A stretch of DNA of 64,000 bases from Haliotis rufescens (taxonomy: Eukaryota), in contig NW_025963779.1 in NCBI RefSeq assembly GCF_023055435.1, forward strand, positions 34,658,001-34,722,000. The letters are read 5' to 3'. The notes under the pieces are model-generated. The model was given only the letters and a program-made list of their open reading frames with translations, made no database searches and was not told where the DNA came from. The position numbers and the translations under genes are program-made. The first letter of the stretch is position 1; every line of letters starts with the position of its first letter. This document shows, piece after piece, positions 14,341-27,610 of the stretch.

Positions 14341-16097
14341 ATATAGATACATTGTTTTGAATGAATGGAATTTGAATTTATGCTTGTTTATCATGTTTAT
14401 GTTTGTTGTTTAATGCTGCGCTCAGCAATAACAAATCTGACAAATGCTGTGAAAGACACAGATGTTAACTGAACCGATTGGACTAAGGACACTTAATACA
14501 TTCTACACCGTTCACCACACATTCGAAACACAAGGGAAATCTCTACCTCACTACCCAGCTGTCTGTCCATCCTGCTCCAACATTAATGTCCAGAGAGCAA
14601 ACTGTCAACACCAAATGAGGACACGCATCCCCCAACTGAATTCCCACCCATCTCACAATAACACCAGAAATTCCTGCACCTGTGTTGCCCAGGTAATTTA
14701 ACTTGCGTCACGACTAGCCCAGTAAACTCCTTTATTTGAACTGTTGATACAGTTCATCAAGTGGTATCATCCCCATCCATGCTGTGACTAATGCAGTGTG
14801 TCTCTGCTGTCACAGGAACTATCAACACAAACCTCAGCTCATGTTACCTTATTTGTTCATAAAGCTGTGAGATATGTAAGTTCAAATATTACGTACTGTA
14901 TTAAGTTGGCCACGCTTTCAGAATGTGAATTCCAGTTTCACAGTTGCCAAAAAGCTGACAGGTACATGGTGGAAAAGAGCATGACCCGCCTGGTACATTA
15001 GGCCCCTGGACTTGCACTACATCACAGTTATCAGTGGACAAGGTACTGACTTTCTACTGCAAAGCCCTTCAAAACTGAATGATGCACCAACAAAACTGTC
15101 AACGACAACCTTTTTGACGAGTTCATTGACCACAGTTAAAGCTATTGGTATGAAAAAAAATATCTAAAAGCAATACTAATATTGTCAAATCTTATTTGTT
15201 GTGTAAACAACATGAACAACAAAATCAAAAAAAAAAATATATCTCAAAATGGCTGCATCTATACATGCATATGACAATGTCTCGAATGTGTCGATAGGGT
15301 CACCTATTGCCACATAGAACCTTTAGGAGATACCCTTACTATTTGTATCTACATGATACATGAGCATCATCATGATGAGGTCAGTCAAGATTTACAACAA
15401 TATGAAATATGGTATACAGTAATGTTTAAGTATTAACACAGACATTTTTTGATTGAATCTTGAATGTTGTCCATCTTGGTTTTGTGCATGCCTCAAACAT
15501 TTGCCACTAAACATGCTAAAAACCTTTGAATCAGTTTCAGTTTAGTTTGCTTGATCTCTAGACGGTTTTCTGGCTTTATATATATATATATATTTTTATA
15601 TATTTTTTTTTAAAGTGACACTTGAGTATCCAACTCATAAACTCTAAGAGTCTAAGACAGATATAAAACATGAGCAAGTTGAAGGATATCATAAAAATAA
15701 AGTTTGATTATAACATGGAGGTAGCATAGACTCAGGATTCAGACAGAATGAAAATCGCCTTAGCAAATCAATACAAGAATATTGTATCAACAGCTATGTA
15801 TTGCCATATCATGAAAGTAGCTACTTTGTGGTTTGAGCGAGTGTTAAATGCTAGGTTGTGGCATGTCTCAAGTAAATTATTCATGAATTACGGGAGTCAT
15901 ATCATTACTGGAAGCATTTGATTAGAGAATTGAAAACTTTGAAGAGTTTCCAACTTTAACTGATTTTATACATTCGTCTGAAGAACACAAACTCATTGCC
16001 TTTTTGTGTATGATACAACTCATAATTTATGACTATGCTGACTATCATGCAGAGTATACAATTTGAATATATACCATTTTTACAAAATTATTTCTTC

Positions 16098-16466
16098 AGT
16101 GAGTGAGTGAGTGAGTGAGTGAGTGAGTGAGTGTGGATTTACGCCACTTTTAGCAATATTCCAGCAATACCACGGCGGGGGACACCAGAAATGGGCTTCA
16201 CACATCATTCCCATGTCGGGAATCGAACCTGGGTCTTAGGCGTGATGAGCGAACGCTTTAACCACTAGGCTACCCAACCGCCGCCTTCACTGTTGTGAGT
16301 AAGTGAGTGAGTGTGGTTTTACACCGTTTTTAGCAATATTCCAGCAATATCACGGCAGGGAACACCAGAAATGGGCTTCTCACATTGTACACATGTGGGG
16401 AATCGAACCTGGATCTTCGGTGTGACGAGCGAACTCTCTAACCACTAGACTACCCCACTGCCCCAA
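16098..16466 (-). mobile_element. Two tandem copies of SINE family A with (GAGT)n tails
   Basis: Reverse complements of the 35283 element at ~16098-16286 and ~16296-16466. Confidence 0.88.
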
Positions 16467-17334
16467 TGCATTGTGAACACCCAATCCTCATTCGTCTGTC
16501 CTTATGACCAGCGACTAGAGACCTATTTCACTCTTAAATCCACATGAGGGACTAATTTCCCTAATAAAATAGAGAATATCACATGTCTGTACTCCAGCCA
16601 AAAGGACAGAACTTTGTTCTGTGCACCTACTACACTGCACACAACATGTAAAGAAAAGTCAGTGAATATACATGTCTATTTTTTTCATTCAAAATTACAC
16701 TACATACAAATATACCAAAAGTTTATTACACTTGTCATTATTGAATAGTTGAGTATCTGAACATAATAAATACAATTTGACAGCAGTTTGCTATAGCTGC
16801 CTAGTCTTACATTATCCCTCTATCAATGAAAGGAATAGTTGTATCAAGCCAACCCATGTAAGTGTCCCTCAGTATGTTGGGCATAGAAACTGCAGAGTGT
16901 GTATTACAGTACCCCACACCTACCTGAATTGTTACCTAGCTGTGGATAATACCTGTTGATGGCTTACATTACCGGTTTGATTGATTAAGGTCAACACACA
17001 GGGCCAGCTACCTGGCTCTCCTATCTACCAACACCATACAACCTTGTGGAATAGGGCTTGAGTTGATGTGGTCAACAGTCCAAACCAAATTCAGGCTACT
17101 GGCATGGCAGTATAAACAGGGTTCTATAATCAGACATTGCAGCCTATACACATACAAACCGGGAATGGATACAAATAATTTACACTGCAAGTCCTGTCAG
17201 ACACAAAAGAAAATGGGGGTTGAATAATTAAATTGCAACAATAAAAGTGCTGGGTAACATATTTTTTATATTTTCTTCAATCCCCACCATAATCATGATA
17301 ATATTATTAATCTTTTGGGCATGTACCAGTAATT

Positions 17335-17720
17335 AAACTGGCACTAGTTCTGTAGTCCGTGTCAAAGTGCCAAATAGTTAAGGTATTATATATAAGGACA
17401 ATTGGAAATTTGCCATTTTTAAGAGTTTGGCTATGTGTTATCATTATAAAGACTAGTGGATGTAAAATGTTAGTTTCTACTGCTGTGTACAATGATTTGA
17501 CACTTCTTGGAAATCAAGTGAAGTGTGCATGTGTCACAAGCCTGGTAACCTTATTACTCCAGTGATAGAAACCGGCACTAGTCCTGGCCAATGGTTAAGG
17601 TATAATAAGGACTAGAAGAAATTTGCCATTTTTAACATTTGCCATTGTTTAAGGGTTTTGATATATGTTAGCATTATAAGGACTAGTGGACTAAAAATGT
17701 TAGTTTCTACCACTGTAATC
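17335..17720. repeat. Local ~235-bp tandem duplication
   Basis: GGCACTAGT...AAATTTGCCATTTTTAA...GACTAGTGGA..AAAATGTTAGTTTCTAC occurs twice. Confidence 0.65.
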
Positions 17721-19610
17721 ATGGTAATACTCAGTACTGCGAGTCCTCTAGGTTCAAAAAGACATAACCAAGACATATCAATATCCCTGTACAACCAATG
17801 GAAAATATGGTTGAGATATGAAAAAAAGAAGATTACATCTCGGAATTATATTTCCCTTTCTGAGCATGCTCAGAACCTGATCAACTTTCATAGATACATA
17901 TGTATCCCTGTGTAAGATACTATCCTAAGGGAATCCGGAACACTAGCCTGCATACAACATGTATACATGTAAAAACATGATCCTACCTTTCCCTAAATAA
18001 AGGAAAGGAGAAAACTAGCGCCTTGTGTTCAGTCATCTTGCACATTTTGTAGTCGTGAAGCCATGGGGTTACAGTTACAACATATGTTAAAGCACTTGCA
18101 TGAACTCACAATCACTACTACTACTACCACCTGAGACATCTGACTTCATTGTTGTTGATTAGCGTATGTATTGTAGGTTTACAAATACAGACATATCATC
18201 AATGAATGGATTGTTGTATCTTACAGTGTTACAGGGGAAACATTGGCTTTGTTTGTTTGTTTGTTGTTTAATGCCGCACAAAGCTATATTCCAGCTATAT
18301 GACGGCGCTCTGTAAATAATCAAGTCTTGAAGAGACAATCCAGTGATTGATATCATGAGCAATGATCTATACACATGGGATACAATGAAAAGCATCAAAA
18401 TACATAAGTAAAAAATCGATAAGTAATTTTCCATCAATGGATAAATTCAAATATGTTATAAACCTCAGCCCAAAACCCCTATTCCGGGGTGCTAGCCTGC
18501 CATGGGTACAATATAAAATACAATTTCACAAGGTATCATCTTGGAGAGTATTTAAATCATTAATGTGCATATTACACAAACAATTGGATGTGTACAGATA
18601 CATACACAACAGTCTCACACCATGTGTGCTGTCATGACCGCTAAGAATCAATTAACCACAAAAGCAATTTCAACACCACAGATCAGTGCACCAATACACA
18701 ACAGGGTGTTTATAGTGTACTGCTTGGACTACAGAAATAAACATTCCACTGATAGGATTTTTATATCAAATTAAATATACTGAAACACAAAGTAATCTTA
18801 AAAATGAGTCAATATTACACTAACCATATTAACACATTGAAACAAATCTACAATCTACAAATCACAACATACATGACTACAGAAAGCAAATATTAATTGA
18901 AAAAATAAAAACACAGTTTTTACCAAATATAAGCCAATTCATAATTCTTGTATCACAGTGTCAAGGGAAAAGACCCATCTTCGAGACACATGCCCCAGCC
19001 TCTATTGTCCCCAAAAAGGTGAGTGTGTAATATATTCATTAGAAAACATACTATTAGGCACAAGGTAGCCTTGATCCGAGGCTGTACTGAAAGATAAGTA
19101 TATCTATGGATGCCAGTCTCTTATACAGACAATTTAGAAATTATTATTTAAACTAATAATTAGACTTGTGCATGTCTAGGCACAAGGCAACAGCACCAGT
19201 AAAAATAGTCATGTATTTAGTTTTATCTCAAAAAGTGAATGTTATTAGCATGATTAGTACTGTAGTAATTAATTCCTTCCTGCCTTCATCATGTTCATGA
19301 AGTTAAACAAGTACATCCATAAACAAGTAATTAAATTGGTCTCGACAAACAACGAATCTTTGGAAACATGGCGGCAAAATGTTGGTGTTAACTGGTTATC
19401 CAGTGATAAGTGTGTCGCTCTGTGTCAACTAGTCCTTGCCCCACTTTTCCCTCTCCAATACAGGGTTTAACAGTCTTTATCAGCAAGTCCAGGTTTCTTA
19501 GTCATTTTTCATAAGGGTGAATACGAATAGCCAATATATATATATTTTCACTTAATTTAGGTATTAATCATACCACACCATGGTTTCCATTGGTTTTTGT
19601 CATAGTCATT

Positions 19611-19766
19611 GCATGGGCGGATACAGAGGGGGGGGGGGACGGGGGTGCGCACCCCCCCTTTTTATTTCGAAAAAAATCTTTATTTCTGTATAAATTACCA
19701 CCAAAGACAATAAATAGATCTTAGTTGTGCACCCCCCCTTTTCAAAAAAGCTGTATCCGCCTCTGC
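19611..19766. mobile_element. Small MITE with G/C-tract interior
   Basis: TIR GGCGGATACAG / CTGTATCCGCC. Confidence 0.65.
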
Positions 19767-21373
19767 ATTGCATTGATTTTGAAGCACTTGGGGTATTGTA
19801 GTTTGTAACATTTAGAATAACTGTACATATTACTATTAGCATGATTAAGTTATATTATACTGAACATGTGTCCTGTTGTCAAATACATTATTACCATTCA
19901 ATTTTAGAGTACTTAGAACTTTAAAAAAGTAACTAATAAGGAATAGTAAGTGGGACGATAAACCAATTAATCGGTGGATCGCAATTTTTTACTTCTAAAA
20001 ACATGTATTGATTACCATGATTACAGTTGCACATAAGTTAAAAATATTGATTCTTATCTTAAACGTTTGCCATAATAACTGTCACACCATACAGTAATTA
20101 GTAGTGAAAATTAGTGGTGGAAATGTAAATATTTTCATCAAATGTGCCATACCTGACACTGCCAATTATTAATCTTCAGTGTGCCATGTATTCGACCATC
20201 TTGTCAATAAAAGAAGTTGGCTTATGCATCACAGATAAGAGCACATGCAAGTATTGTGATATCTATCAAATCAGACAGTTGGTGTATCGTCCCAGCCCTC
20301 AACAGTTAGTCAAACAGTAGATCATGGTAGATACTAACATCCAGCAATCATAATAATATTGGCTTGTATTTATGGAATAAACTGACTGTACTATATCTGT
20401 ACTATGTACAGTGGTGGTTACATTTTCTTCAGACAGGACCTTATTGTTAATACAACCTATATATATATATATGAAGGAGTCCTTGTTATAAGGTCAGAGG
20501 AAAACATATTACAGATCTAACAGGTCCTTAGATCAGGATATCATCGCAAAAAACACAAGGACTCCTCTAAAGTTTTAGATGTCAAATTGTCATTTCATGT
20601 ACATGTGATACACACATTTCCTAAAAATTAGACAAAGTGACCAGTGTATGTAGTGTGGAAATTAACAATATCTCAGCCTAATTCCTTAATCTTATATATA
20701 TTAATTACCTAAACAGATAAATCAATGCACAAACAGACCCCAAGCACATCTAGCCTAAGATTTGGCCTCAGATGGGTGATTTTGTTGTTTAACATGTTTA
20801 AAAGTCAACAAGACAAACAGTTCATCAGGACCTCATCGAATGATGATGTAAATAGAAGTACAATACCCACACAACACCAAAAACTATATGACAGCTTTCA
20901 TTAGTCAAGCATGTGTATGATTAGGCATAGTTTTTAAAATACCATATAGATCACAGATGATGAAAATAATCAAACCATGTACACAACTGATGCTTCCTTC
21001 TGTGTTTCAAGTCACTTCACACTAGTATAATCACATGATAATATCAAAATATACTGTACCACATGGGGTAACAATTAAATCAAAATAAATGTGGTACAAA
21101 ATGGTTACCGGTACTTAGAATGGTCTGCGATCGTCTGGATAGGTACTGGATACACTATTATATGATGTCTGTATCGTCTTATGAATAGTCAAAAGATGTA
21201 TAAATACTCATTGAAATTATCTGATTTAAGCTGCAGACAGATATTTGCTAGACATTCATTCAAAATGAAATGTCACAATAACCTGAAACTGGTTGGTTAC
21301 ACACTCAACATTGGGTGACATGTCTCACATGCATGTCATTCTTTCGTCTGTCATTCCCACGATTTACACTTAC

Positions 21374-21460
21374 CCTTTGAGAATCATACTCTGCTGTTGG
21401 GGTGATTTCAATGACATCGTTGTCAGTGTAATCGGCACTCTGAACACTTGAAGATTCCAT
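21374..21460 (-). CDS. Candidate most-5' first coding exon MESSSVQSADYTDNDVIEITPTAEYDSQR of the minus-strand gene
   Basis: ATG at 21460, 29 codons, AGG|GTAAGT phase-0 donor. It lies just downstream of a CpG-richer, promoter-like region (~21530-21990). Confidence 0.55.
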
Positions 21461-22604
21461 AATTACTGTCACTCATTTAGTTCTCGGAACCTCTGCAACA
21501 TATCCAAATTTATGCAGATTGTTTATGGAAGCAGCGCCATTCTGCAGGCAAACAAAATCGGTCTCCCACAAACATTTCATCAGTATCCTTATGTGAACTA
21601 CCGAGTCATCGCGAACATGAAATAGAAATATTGAAATTAGAAAAGAAAAGATGACACACTATGTATCTTTATCGAAAAATTCCTGTCAAATTGAGTCATC
21701 TTGGCCCTTTCAATATTATGGACTGAGAAATATTCACTTCCGCTAAAGTGCGCATGATAGAATGTCACGCATGCGCGGCAAAGCCAAAACATAAACTGGG
21801 CTTCAGTCTACCTTTTCGCGCAATATTGGACTTGTGATTGCATTGAAAAACCAGCTGAATATGAAAGTCGGGTAAATCCAAATCACGAAACGATATTATT
21901 CCGAAACAACTATATTCTTTCCAACAGAACACTGTCCACTGACGTAATGTTTCGGTAGTTGAATGATGAGTTGTCGTATCGAGAGATTTCATGGTATTTT
22001 CCCACTTTCAAGTTTTCTTTGTGTGAACACGTTTTTCTTGTTTATGTGCCATAAGAAAATGGAGGTGCATTTTTATACAAAAATACAAACTTGCCCGCCA
22101 ATGATATAGGGTTACAACAGAATATTTCGAACATGTAAATTGCATTATGATTCGACCACTTCCACAATTTCAAACATATCTATTATATTACTGTGAATGT
22201 GAGTGGCGGGTCCTACTAGTACTGATAGAGCAGAACATGCTTGAACACGTTTCGCGAACACCTGTTGTCAATACTCGTCATCACTGATTTAATATATTTT
22301 GAAAATTAAATTGGTCTTGGACTTGCACTGGAATCTCTTTCGGAAGATAATAGTATCCTTTGGCGTTGGAGCTTTGAACACACTGACATAATACATAAAC
22401 AATTGACCATGGGCACTAACGAGAGTTTCCCCAGAGTAGTCTCCCCTAACCGTAACATCTAAAGTTGAGACCGCCTCCGTCAGAGCAGGTCAAATCGGCC
22501 TCATGTCAGAACAGCCCCAAAAACAAAAATGTCACAACGGCCACACAAAAAAATGAAGAAGAGAAAAACATATTTTTGAGTTTCGAGGTCGTTTTGACTA
22601 CAAT

Positions 22605-22910
22605 CCGCCTCGGTGGTCTAGTGGTAGAGCGTCCACCCGGAGAGTCCTACCAAAAGATGGTACTTGTTGTTACCCAGTCTGGCGCTCGGTATTCAGGGAC
22701 TAAAACAAGGACTGGTTGGCTTGGAGTTAGTATACTGTGTCTGAGTTGGGTATTCATGTTCAACTGCGGCATGGTTACTCAGTGGGCTAGCACTATAAAT
22801 CAGTCCGGACTAGTCCGAACTAGTACTAGCAGACACACACGTGCATGCACGTCGCTATATAAGTGAAATTATATTGAACGCGACGTTAAACTCTTTTTCA
22901 CCTCACCTTA
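22605..22910 (+). mobile_element. tRNA-headed SINE family C with (CACCT)n tail
   Basis: GGTGGTCTAGTGG head and body ACCAAAAGATGGTAC...AGGACTGGTTGG...GTATAC.GTGTC.GAGT. Related copies at ~34477-34890 (interrupted by family B), ~37305-37540 and ~40277-40460. Confidence 0.75.
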
Positions 22911-23032
22911 TTATCCACATTATTAATTAGTTTTTTTTGAAGAAGTAGTGCCTTCTATATTGAAAACCTTGTCGAGTAGCTAACAGAGTCAACATGATGT
23001 CCAAAATGACTGGCTTTAACGTTATCACACAT

Positions 23033-23300
23033 TTTGTTTGTTGTTTAACCCCGAACTCAGCAATATTCAAATTTTTGACGGCCTTCTGTAAATAATAGAG
23101 CCTGGTCCAGACAATCTAGTGATTGAAATCATGAGCATCGACCTACGCAACTGGGACACGATGACAAGCATCAACCAAGACAGTGAGCTTGACCACCCGA
23201 TCCCGTTAGTCGTCTCATATACGACAAGCACAGTCTCCTCTTGCAGCAAGCATGGGTTGCTGAAGACCTATTATATATCTACCGGAACCTTCACGGGTCT
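23033..23300 (-). mobile_element. Family B retroposon copy
   Basis: Matches 49626-49899 along its full length. Confidence 0.85.
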
Positions 23301-23627
23301 GTTCTTTTTAAGCATCTGATTTTAACAATGGTATTTGAATCGTTTCAATTATCCTGTGTTGTTTTGGTTATTTGGACACTGAAGATATTCACAATATAAA
23401 CCTTATCAAACCATATTTATAAAATCAAACTTTGTACGAAGTGGATTCTTTGTAGAGTTCCCAAAATCCCATTCCACTACATGATTCACAATTTACATTA
23501 AACCTCTTCCCACCAATGAGGTTTTTACCGGAAGATGATGGCTGCTTTTAATAAACAAAAGCCACGCACATGCCGGTCACTATTTCATAACAAATCACCT
23601 GTATGTTTAGAATACTCTCTGGCCATA

Positions 23628-25325
23628 ATGTGGACTACGGTTTTGTTAACATTATCTACATGTTTTCAAATATGTTTGGTGTTTATATCCCAATGTTTAT
23701 CTGTTGCTGCCCCAGAGTCGGAAGGAATGTTTCGTCGCCTACCATGGTTGGATAACATCAGTACGAGTGAACCCTTGCAGAGAAATTATGGTGTAGCCGC
23801 AGCAGATGTCGACTTAGACGGCCAAATTGAATGGCTTGTTGCTGGTTTCACAGGACCAAATTATGTCTTAAAGTACAATGCTGAATTGAATATATTACAA
23901 AACATCGCCAAGACAAATATTTCTTTGAAAAGCCTACTCGACCCCAAAGGCAGAGCTATAGGTGTTTGTGCTTGCGACATTGATGGGGACGGACGGGAAG
24001 AAATATATTTCCTCAACACAAATGATGCATATGCAGGGAAGTCCAGCTACGGTGACAAACTTTTTAAATACAGAAATGGCCAGTATGTTAATTTATTTGA
24101 AGATGAACCTAATAGAAGATTGGAAGCTAAAAATTACGCAGGCCGATCCGTAGCGTGCGTTGATCGCTTTGGCTCTGGTAAATATGCAATTGCCATAGCA
24201 ACATATTCTGATTCTGGAACTGGTTGTTTTGCACTTTTGGAAATGGATGAATCTCACCCATATAATAATGTAGAAACTGGTTACGTCGTTCTTAGGAACG
24301 CTGCTAAGGACGCCAGAATAGACCGATCAACCGGTGGTAGAGGAATTGTAGTAGGACCCATCTTAAATAATGATGGGAGAACGGATGTGTTTTTTGGCAA
24401 TGAAGGGAATAGACATCTAAATAACAAAGGAGAAAATTTTCTATTCCAGAATCTCGGAAATGGCTCTTTTGTTGATGTGGCTGGAGTTGTTGGCATTTCA
24501 GATGAGAATGAGAACGTTAGAGGCGTGGCCATTGCTGATCTGAACCACGACGGGCTAGTGGACATCGTTTATGGAAACTGGGAAGGAAAGCATCGTGTAT
24601 TTATCCAGGAAAAATCATCTGGGCAAACCAAATTCAGAAATATCGCCATAGAGGCTTTAGAAGAACCATCTTTAATAAGAACAGTCATTGTTGCTGATTT
24701 CGATAATGATAGATCGTCCGATATATTTTTCAATAACATATACGGAATGTCATCAGTCCAACCAAATCGTCTATTTACTGTAAAGGCCAGGAAAGATGCA
24801 TCTCCCTTAATCACACCATTGAATCCAGGGGATGCATTAGAAGAGGATGGGTGTGGCACTGGAGCTGGCGTGGCCGATATTGACAATGACGGACAGCTTG
24901 ATCTGCTCGTGTCACACGGAGAAAGTAGTGCCCAGCCACTGAGGGTATACAGTGTTAATATTGGCGGTAAAAACAGTTGGATAAGGGTCGTTCCTCGAAC
25001 AAAATTTGGTGCACCTGCACGTGGTGCTTCAGTTTCCATGGAAACATCAAGTGGTGACCAACAGCTGTCTGTCATAGACGGCGGGTCTGGATACCTGTGT
25101 CAAATGGAACCAGTCGCTCATTTCGGACTTGGAAAAGACACACCTGTAAAAATGCACGTGACGTGGCCCGATGGCAGGCGAGTATCACGTGACCTAACAG
25201 AGAATGATTCAAATACTGCGCATGTAATTGATCACCCAGACTTTGTACCACCCACATCGGATATAGTATCGAGTAGGAAAGTTAATGTGACGTTAACAAA
25301 GACCAAGACGCACGAAGAACTATAA
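23628..25325 (+). CDS. CRTAC1: Cartilage acidic protein 1-like (FG-GAP/VCBS repeats + ASPIC/UnbV domain), single coding exon, signal peptide, C-terminal HEEL
   Basis: ORF 23535..25325. Motifs NYGVAAADVDLDG, GVCACDIDGDGREEIYFLNTN, AGRSVACVDR, DIVYGNWEG, SHGES.AQPL, DGGSGYLCQMEPVAHFGLG and VTWPDG match vertebrate CRTAC1 as I recall it. The likely start is the ATG at 23628, giving a hydrophobic leader MWTTVLLTLSTCFQICLVFISQCLSVAA. No EGF domain. Confidence 0.93.
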   Translation: MWTTVLLTLSTCFQICLVFISQCLSVAAPESEGMFRRLPWLDNISTSEPLQRNYGVAAADVDLDGQIEWLVAGFTGPNYVLKYNAELNILQNIAKTNISLKSLLDPKGRAIGVCACDIDGDGREEIYFLNTNDAYAGKSSYGDKLFKYRNGQYVNLFEDEPNRRLEAKNYAGRSVACVDRFGSGKYAIAIATYSDSGTGCFALLEMDESHPYNNVETGYVVLRNAAKDARIDRSTGGRGIVVGPILNNDGRTDVFFGNEGNRHLNNKGENFLFQNLGNGSFVDVAGVVGISDENENVRGVAIADLNHDGLVDIVYGNWEGKHRVFIQEKSSGQTKFRNIAIEALEEPSLIRTVIVADFDNDRSSDIFFNNIYGMSSVQPNRLFTVKARKDASPLITPLNPGDALEEDGCGTGAGVADIDNDGQLDLLVSHGESSAQPLRVYSVNIGGKNSWIRVVPRTKFGAPARGASVSMETSSGDQQLSVIDGGSGYLCQMEPVAHFGLGKDTPVKMHVTWPDGRRVSRDLTENDSNTAHVIDHPDFVPPTSDIVSSRKVNVTLTKTKTHEEL

Positions 25326-25680
25326 ACGCGAAATTATCAGGACTTTCGTAACGCCATTTTGCCATACGTACATAAGATAGATATGTGCATCGATACGTAA
25401 TATTTAATGATACTAGACAGCGTGTCCGTCAAATTAAAAAAACCCGTGTATATTCTATCATGCGCATTAAAGTTTGAACACACATCATTATATTTTCATT
25501 TATACAACGTACGTACGTGATGATATGAATAAGACTGATTGGAAACAGCTTTTCGTCCGATTATATTGATTGGATACACTGGATTGAGAGTAGATTAAAT
25601 ACGTTGAAAGACATCTTCTTGTGTCTTGTCTACAAGTACGCCAATAGGAGAAATAAGAGGGTTCATGTCAACACACTGAT

Positions 25681-25763
25681 TAATCTTATTAAAATCAGAT
25701 CTTAGTTCTCGCTACTCGCTGTTTAGCGGCAGCAAGAACTAAGATCTAATTTTAATGAGATTG
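25681..25763. mobile_element. 83-bp palindromic MITE with 9-bp TSD CACACTGAT
   Basis: AATCTTATTAAAATCAGATCTTAGTTCT ... AGAACTAAGATCTAATTTTAATGAGATTG. The same termini occur at 62226 and 62629. Confidence 0.7.
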
Positions 25764-26166
25764 CACACTGATTATCTTATGTGGGCGAGGGGAGATCACT
25801 CTTAATACCTAATGGCTGTGAGTGAAGTGTTCGTAATATATCCCATGCGGCGACACTTGTTTTAGAACGGAAATGCCAGTTTCGGTTCGCAGACATTTGA
25901 AAGGGAGCTGGATTTGGCCCGATGCCAATATTGTGATGCTTTATATAAATTAATGTTATAAACTGCAATATGTATAGTATCATCGGTTATAAAAAGTAGT
26001 CTATTTTCAGTGATGTTTGACCACGCAATGACAATTACCATCCCTGATAATCACAGTGGGATTCTGGCATTATTCCTTGGTCTGGACAGTTCTTATTTGG
26101 TTTGAGGTCTTATCGTGAACTACGATGCAAATAGTGTTTTAAAATGGGGAATTCTAAATGATATAT

Positions 26167-27610
26167 ACTGAACAACAAAAGTTCCTGTGACATTGACACA
26201 TACACGTGCATGCACGTCGCTATATAAGTGCAATAATCTTGGACGCGACGTTAAACCCAATTTCACCTCACCTCACCTGTGACATTGAATAAGATTTAAT
26301 GCAAAGTTATGTTTTTTACCAAATCTGAAACAATTTCGGTTTGCAACAGATAAAAGACTCATGTAAGTGTTCAAATGCTTTAATTTGCCATACTGACTTC
26401 AGAAAATGCGTGATTTCATAAAAAAAATGAACATGCCAAAATGTCAATTTACAAATCCCTAACGTGTGTTCCACCTCTGGATGCGATGCAAGCAACACAT
26501 CTTCGTCTCATGGAATTGATCAGGCGTCGCACAAAGTTCTCTGGGATATCTGTCCATATCTGTTTCGAAGCATGTTTCGAAGTTCCTGTAGTGTCTCAGA
26601 AACACGTGGTTGACGTCGAAGGCGCCGATCCATCTCATCCCACATGTGCTCGATTGGTGAGAGATCAGGGGAGCGAGCCGGCCAGGGGATGACATTCGCC
26701 TTGTTTTGTTGAAGGAATTCCTGAACAGGTCGAGCAATATGATGCCGGGCGTTGTCATGTTGAAAGGTACTACCTGGGCAATGACGCAAAAAACGGTAGA
26801 ACAACAGGGCCGATTATCTCGTCGCGGTAGCGCTGTCCATTGAGATTTCCCTCTACCACTATCAAACGGGTCCTCTGTCTTGCTGTAATCCCACCCCATA
26901 CCATAACGCTGCCGCCCCCGAACCGATCTTCTTCCATGAAACAATGATTGACGTAACGTTTACCTTGACGTCGGTACACTCGAATCCGTCCATCGCTGTG
27001 GCTGAGGTGAAAACGAGACTCGTCAGTGAATAGAACGTGTCCCCACTGCATGGCCGTCGAGCGTAGACGCTGTCTGCACCACTGTAGACGTGCTTGACGG
27101 TGGTTTCCTGTCAAAATGGGACGTCTGGCGGGTCTTCTGGCGACAATCCCTGCACATCTGAGGTAACGACGTACGGTTTGTGTAAATATTCGTCGAAGGC
27201 CAGGGATGCTTCTTGCAGTCACTGTTGCTGGCTGGAATCGATTTCGTAGGTGTATTGTTCGAATCCAGTTGTCTTGTCGATTATTGGTTACGCGTGGCCT
27301 GCCACTCCGATGATGGTCTCTGACTGCATTCGTCTGTTGCCAACGTTGCCATAAACACCAAATGGTGTTTCTGTGGACGTTAAATTGTCTTGCAACATCA
27401 CGTTGACTCGATCCTGCTTCAAGCAGGCGCACGCAGACGCTCAATGGCTCGCAGACGCTCATTTTCGGACAGGCGTGGCATTTCGTAATGTTGAATAATT
27501 GCGTAATTTTGATGTTTTTCTGAGTGGTTGTTGTCAGCACGATGCTAAACAATGCATATGGAGTCCCGTAACGCACGTTTTTATACCCATTCTTGGGTAG
27601 TGAAATGCAC
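26167..27610 (-). mobile_element. Tc1/mariner (DD34E) transposon with a frameshifted transposase pseudogene
   Basis: The transposase starts MPRLSENERLRAI (ATG 27481). It has an HTH (SQRDVARQFNV), SGRPR, VLFTDESRF, GGGSVMVWGGI, FQHDNARHH and SPDLSPIEHMW, with 34 residues between D and E. It is split over several frames. One TA-flanked end is at ~26167 (TA|TACTGAACAACAAAAG). The other end is lost at a SINE (~27611). Confidence 0.92.
26197..26275 (+). mobile_element. 5'-truncated SINE 3' end inserted into the Tc1 terminus, with a 13-bp TSD
   Basis: Flanked by CCTGTGACATTGA at 26184-26196 and 26276-26288. The sequence matches the 3' end of the SINE at ~22835-22910, including the (CACCT)n tail. 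Confidence 0.85.

Noticed and set aside
22465-23319. ORFs of 133, 60 and 66 aa (and similar ORFs at 34636, 50286, 51547, 52301, 53804, 57057)
   Set aside because: They overlap SINE copies and are chance ORFs in repeats.
24281-25257. Minus-strand ORFs of 94, 168 and 61 aa
   Set aside because: Antisense shadows of the CRTAC1 CDS.
23535-25325. Recent bacterial horizontal transfer or contamination
   Set aside because: The protein follows animal CRTAC1 closely, has a eukaryotic signal peptide and HEEL, and is flanked by host SINEs. A phylogeny would be needed to claim HGT.
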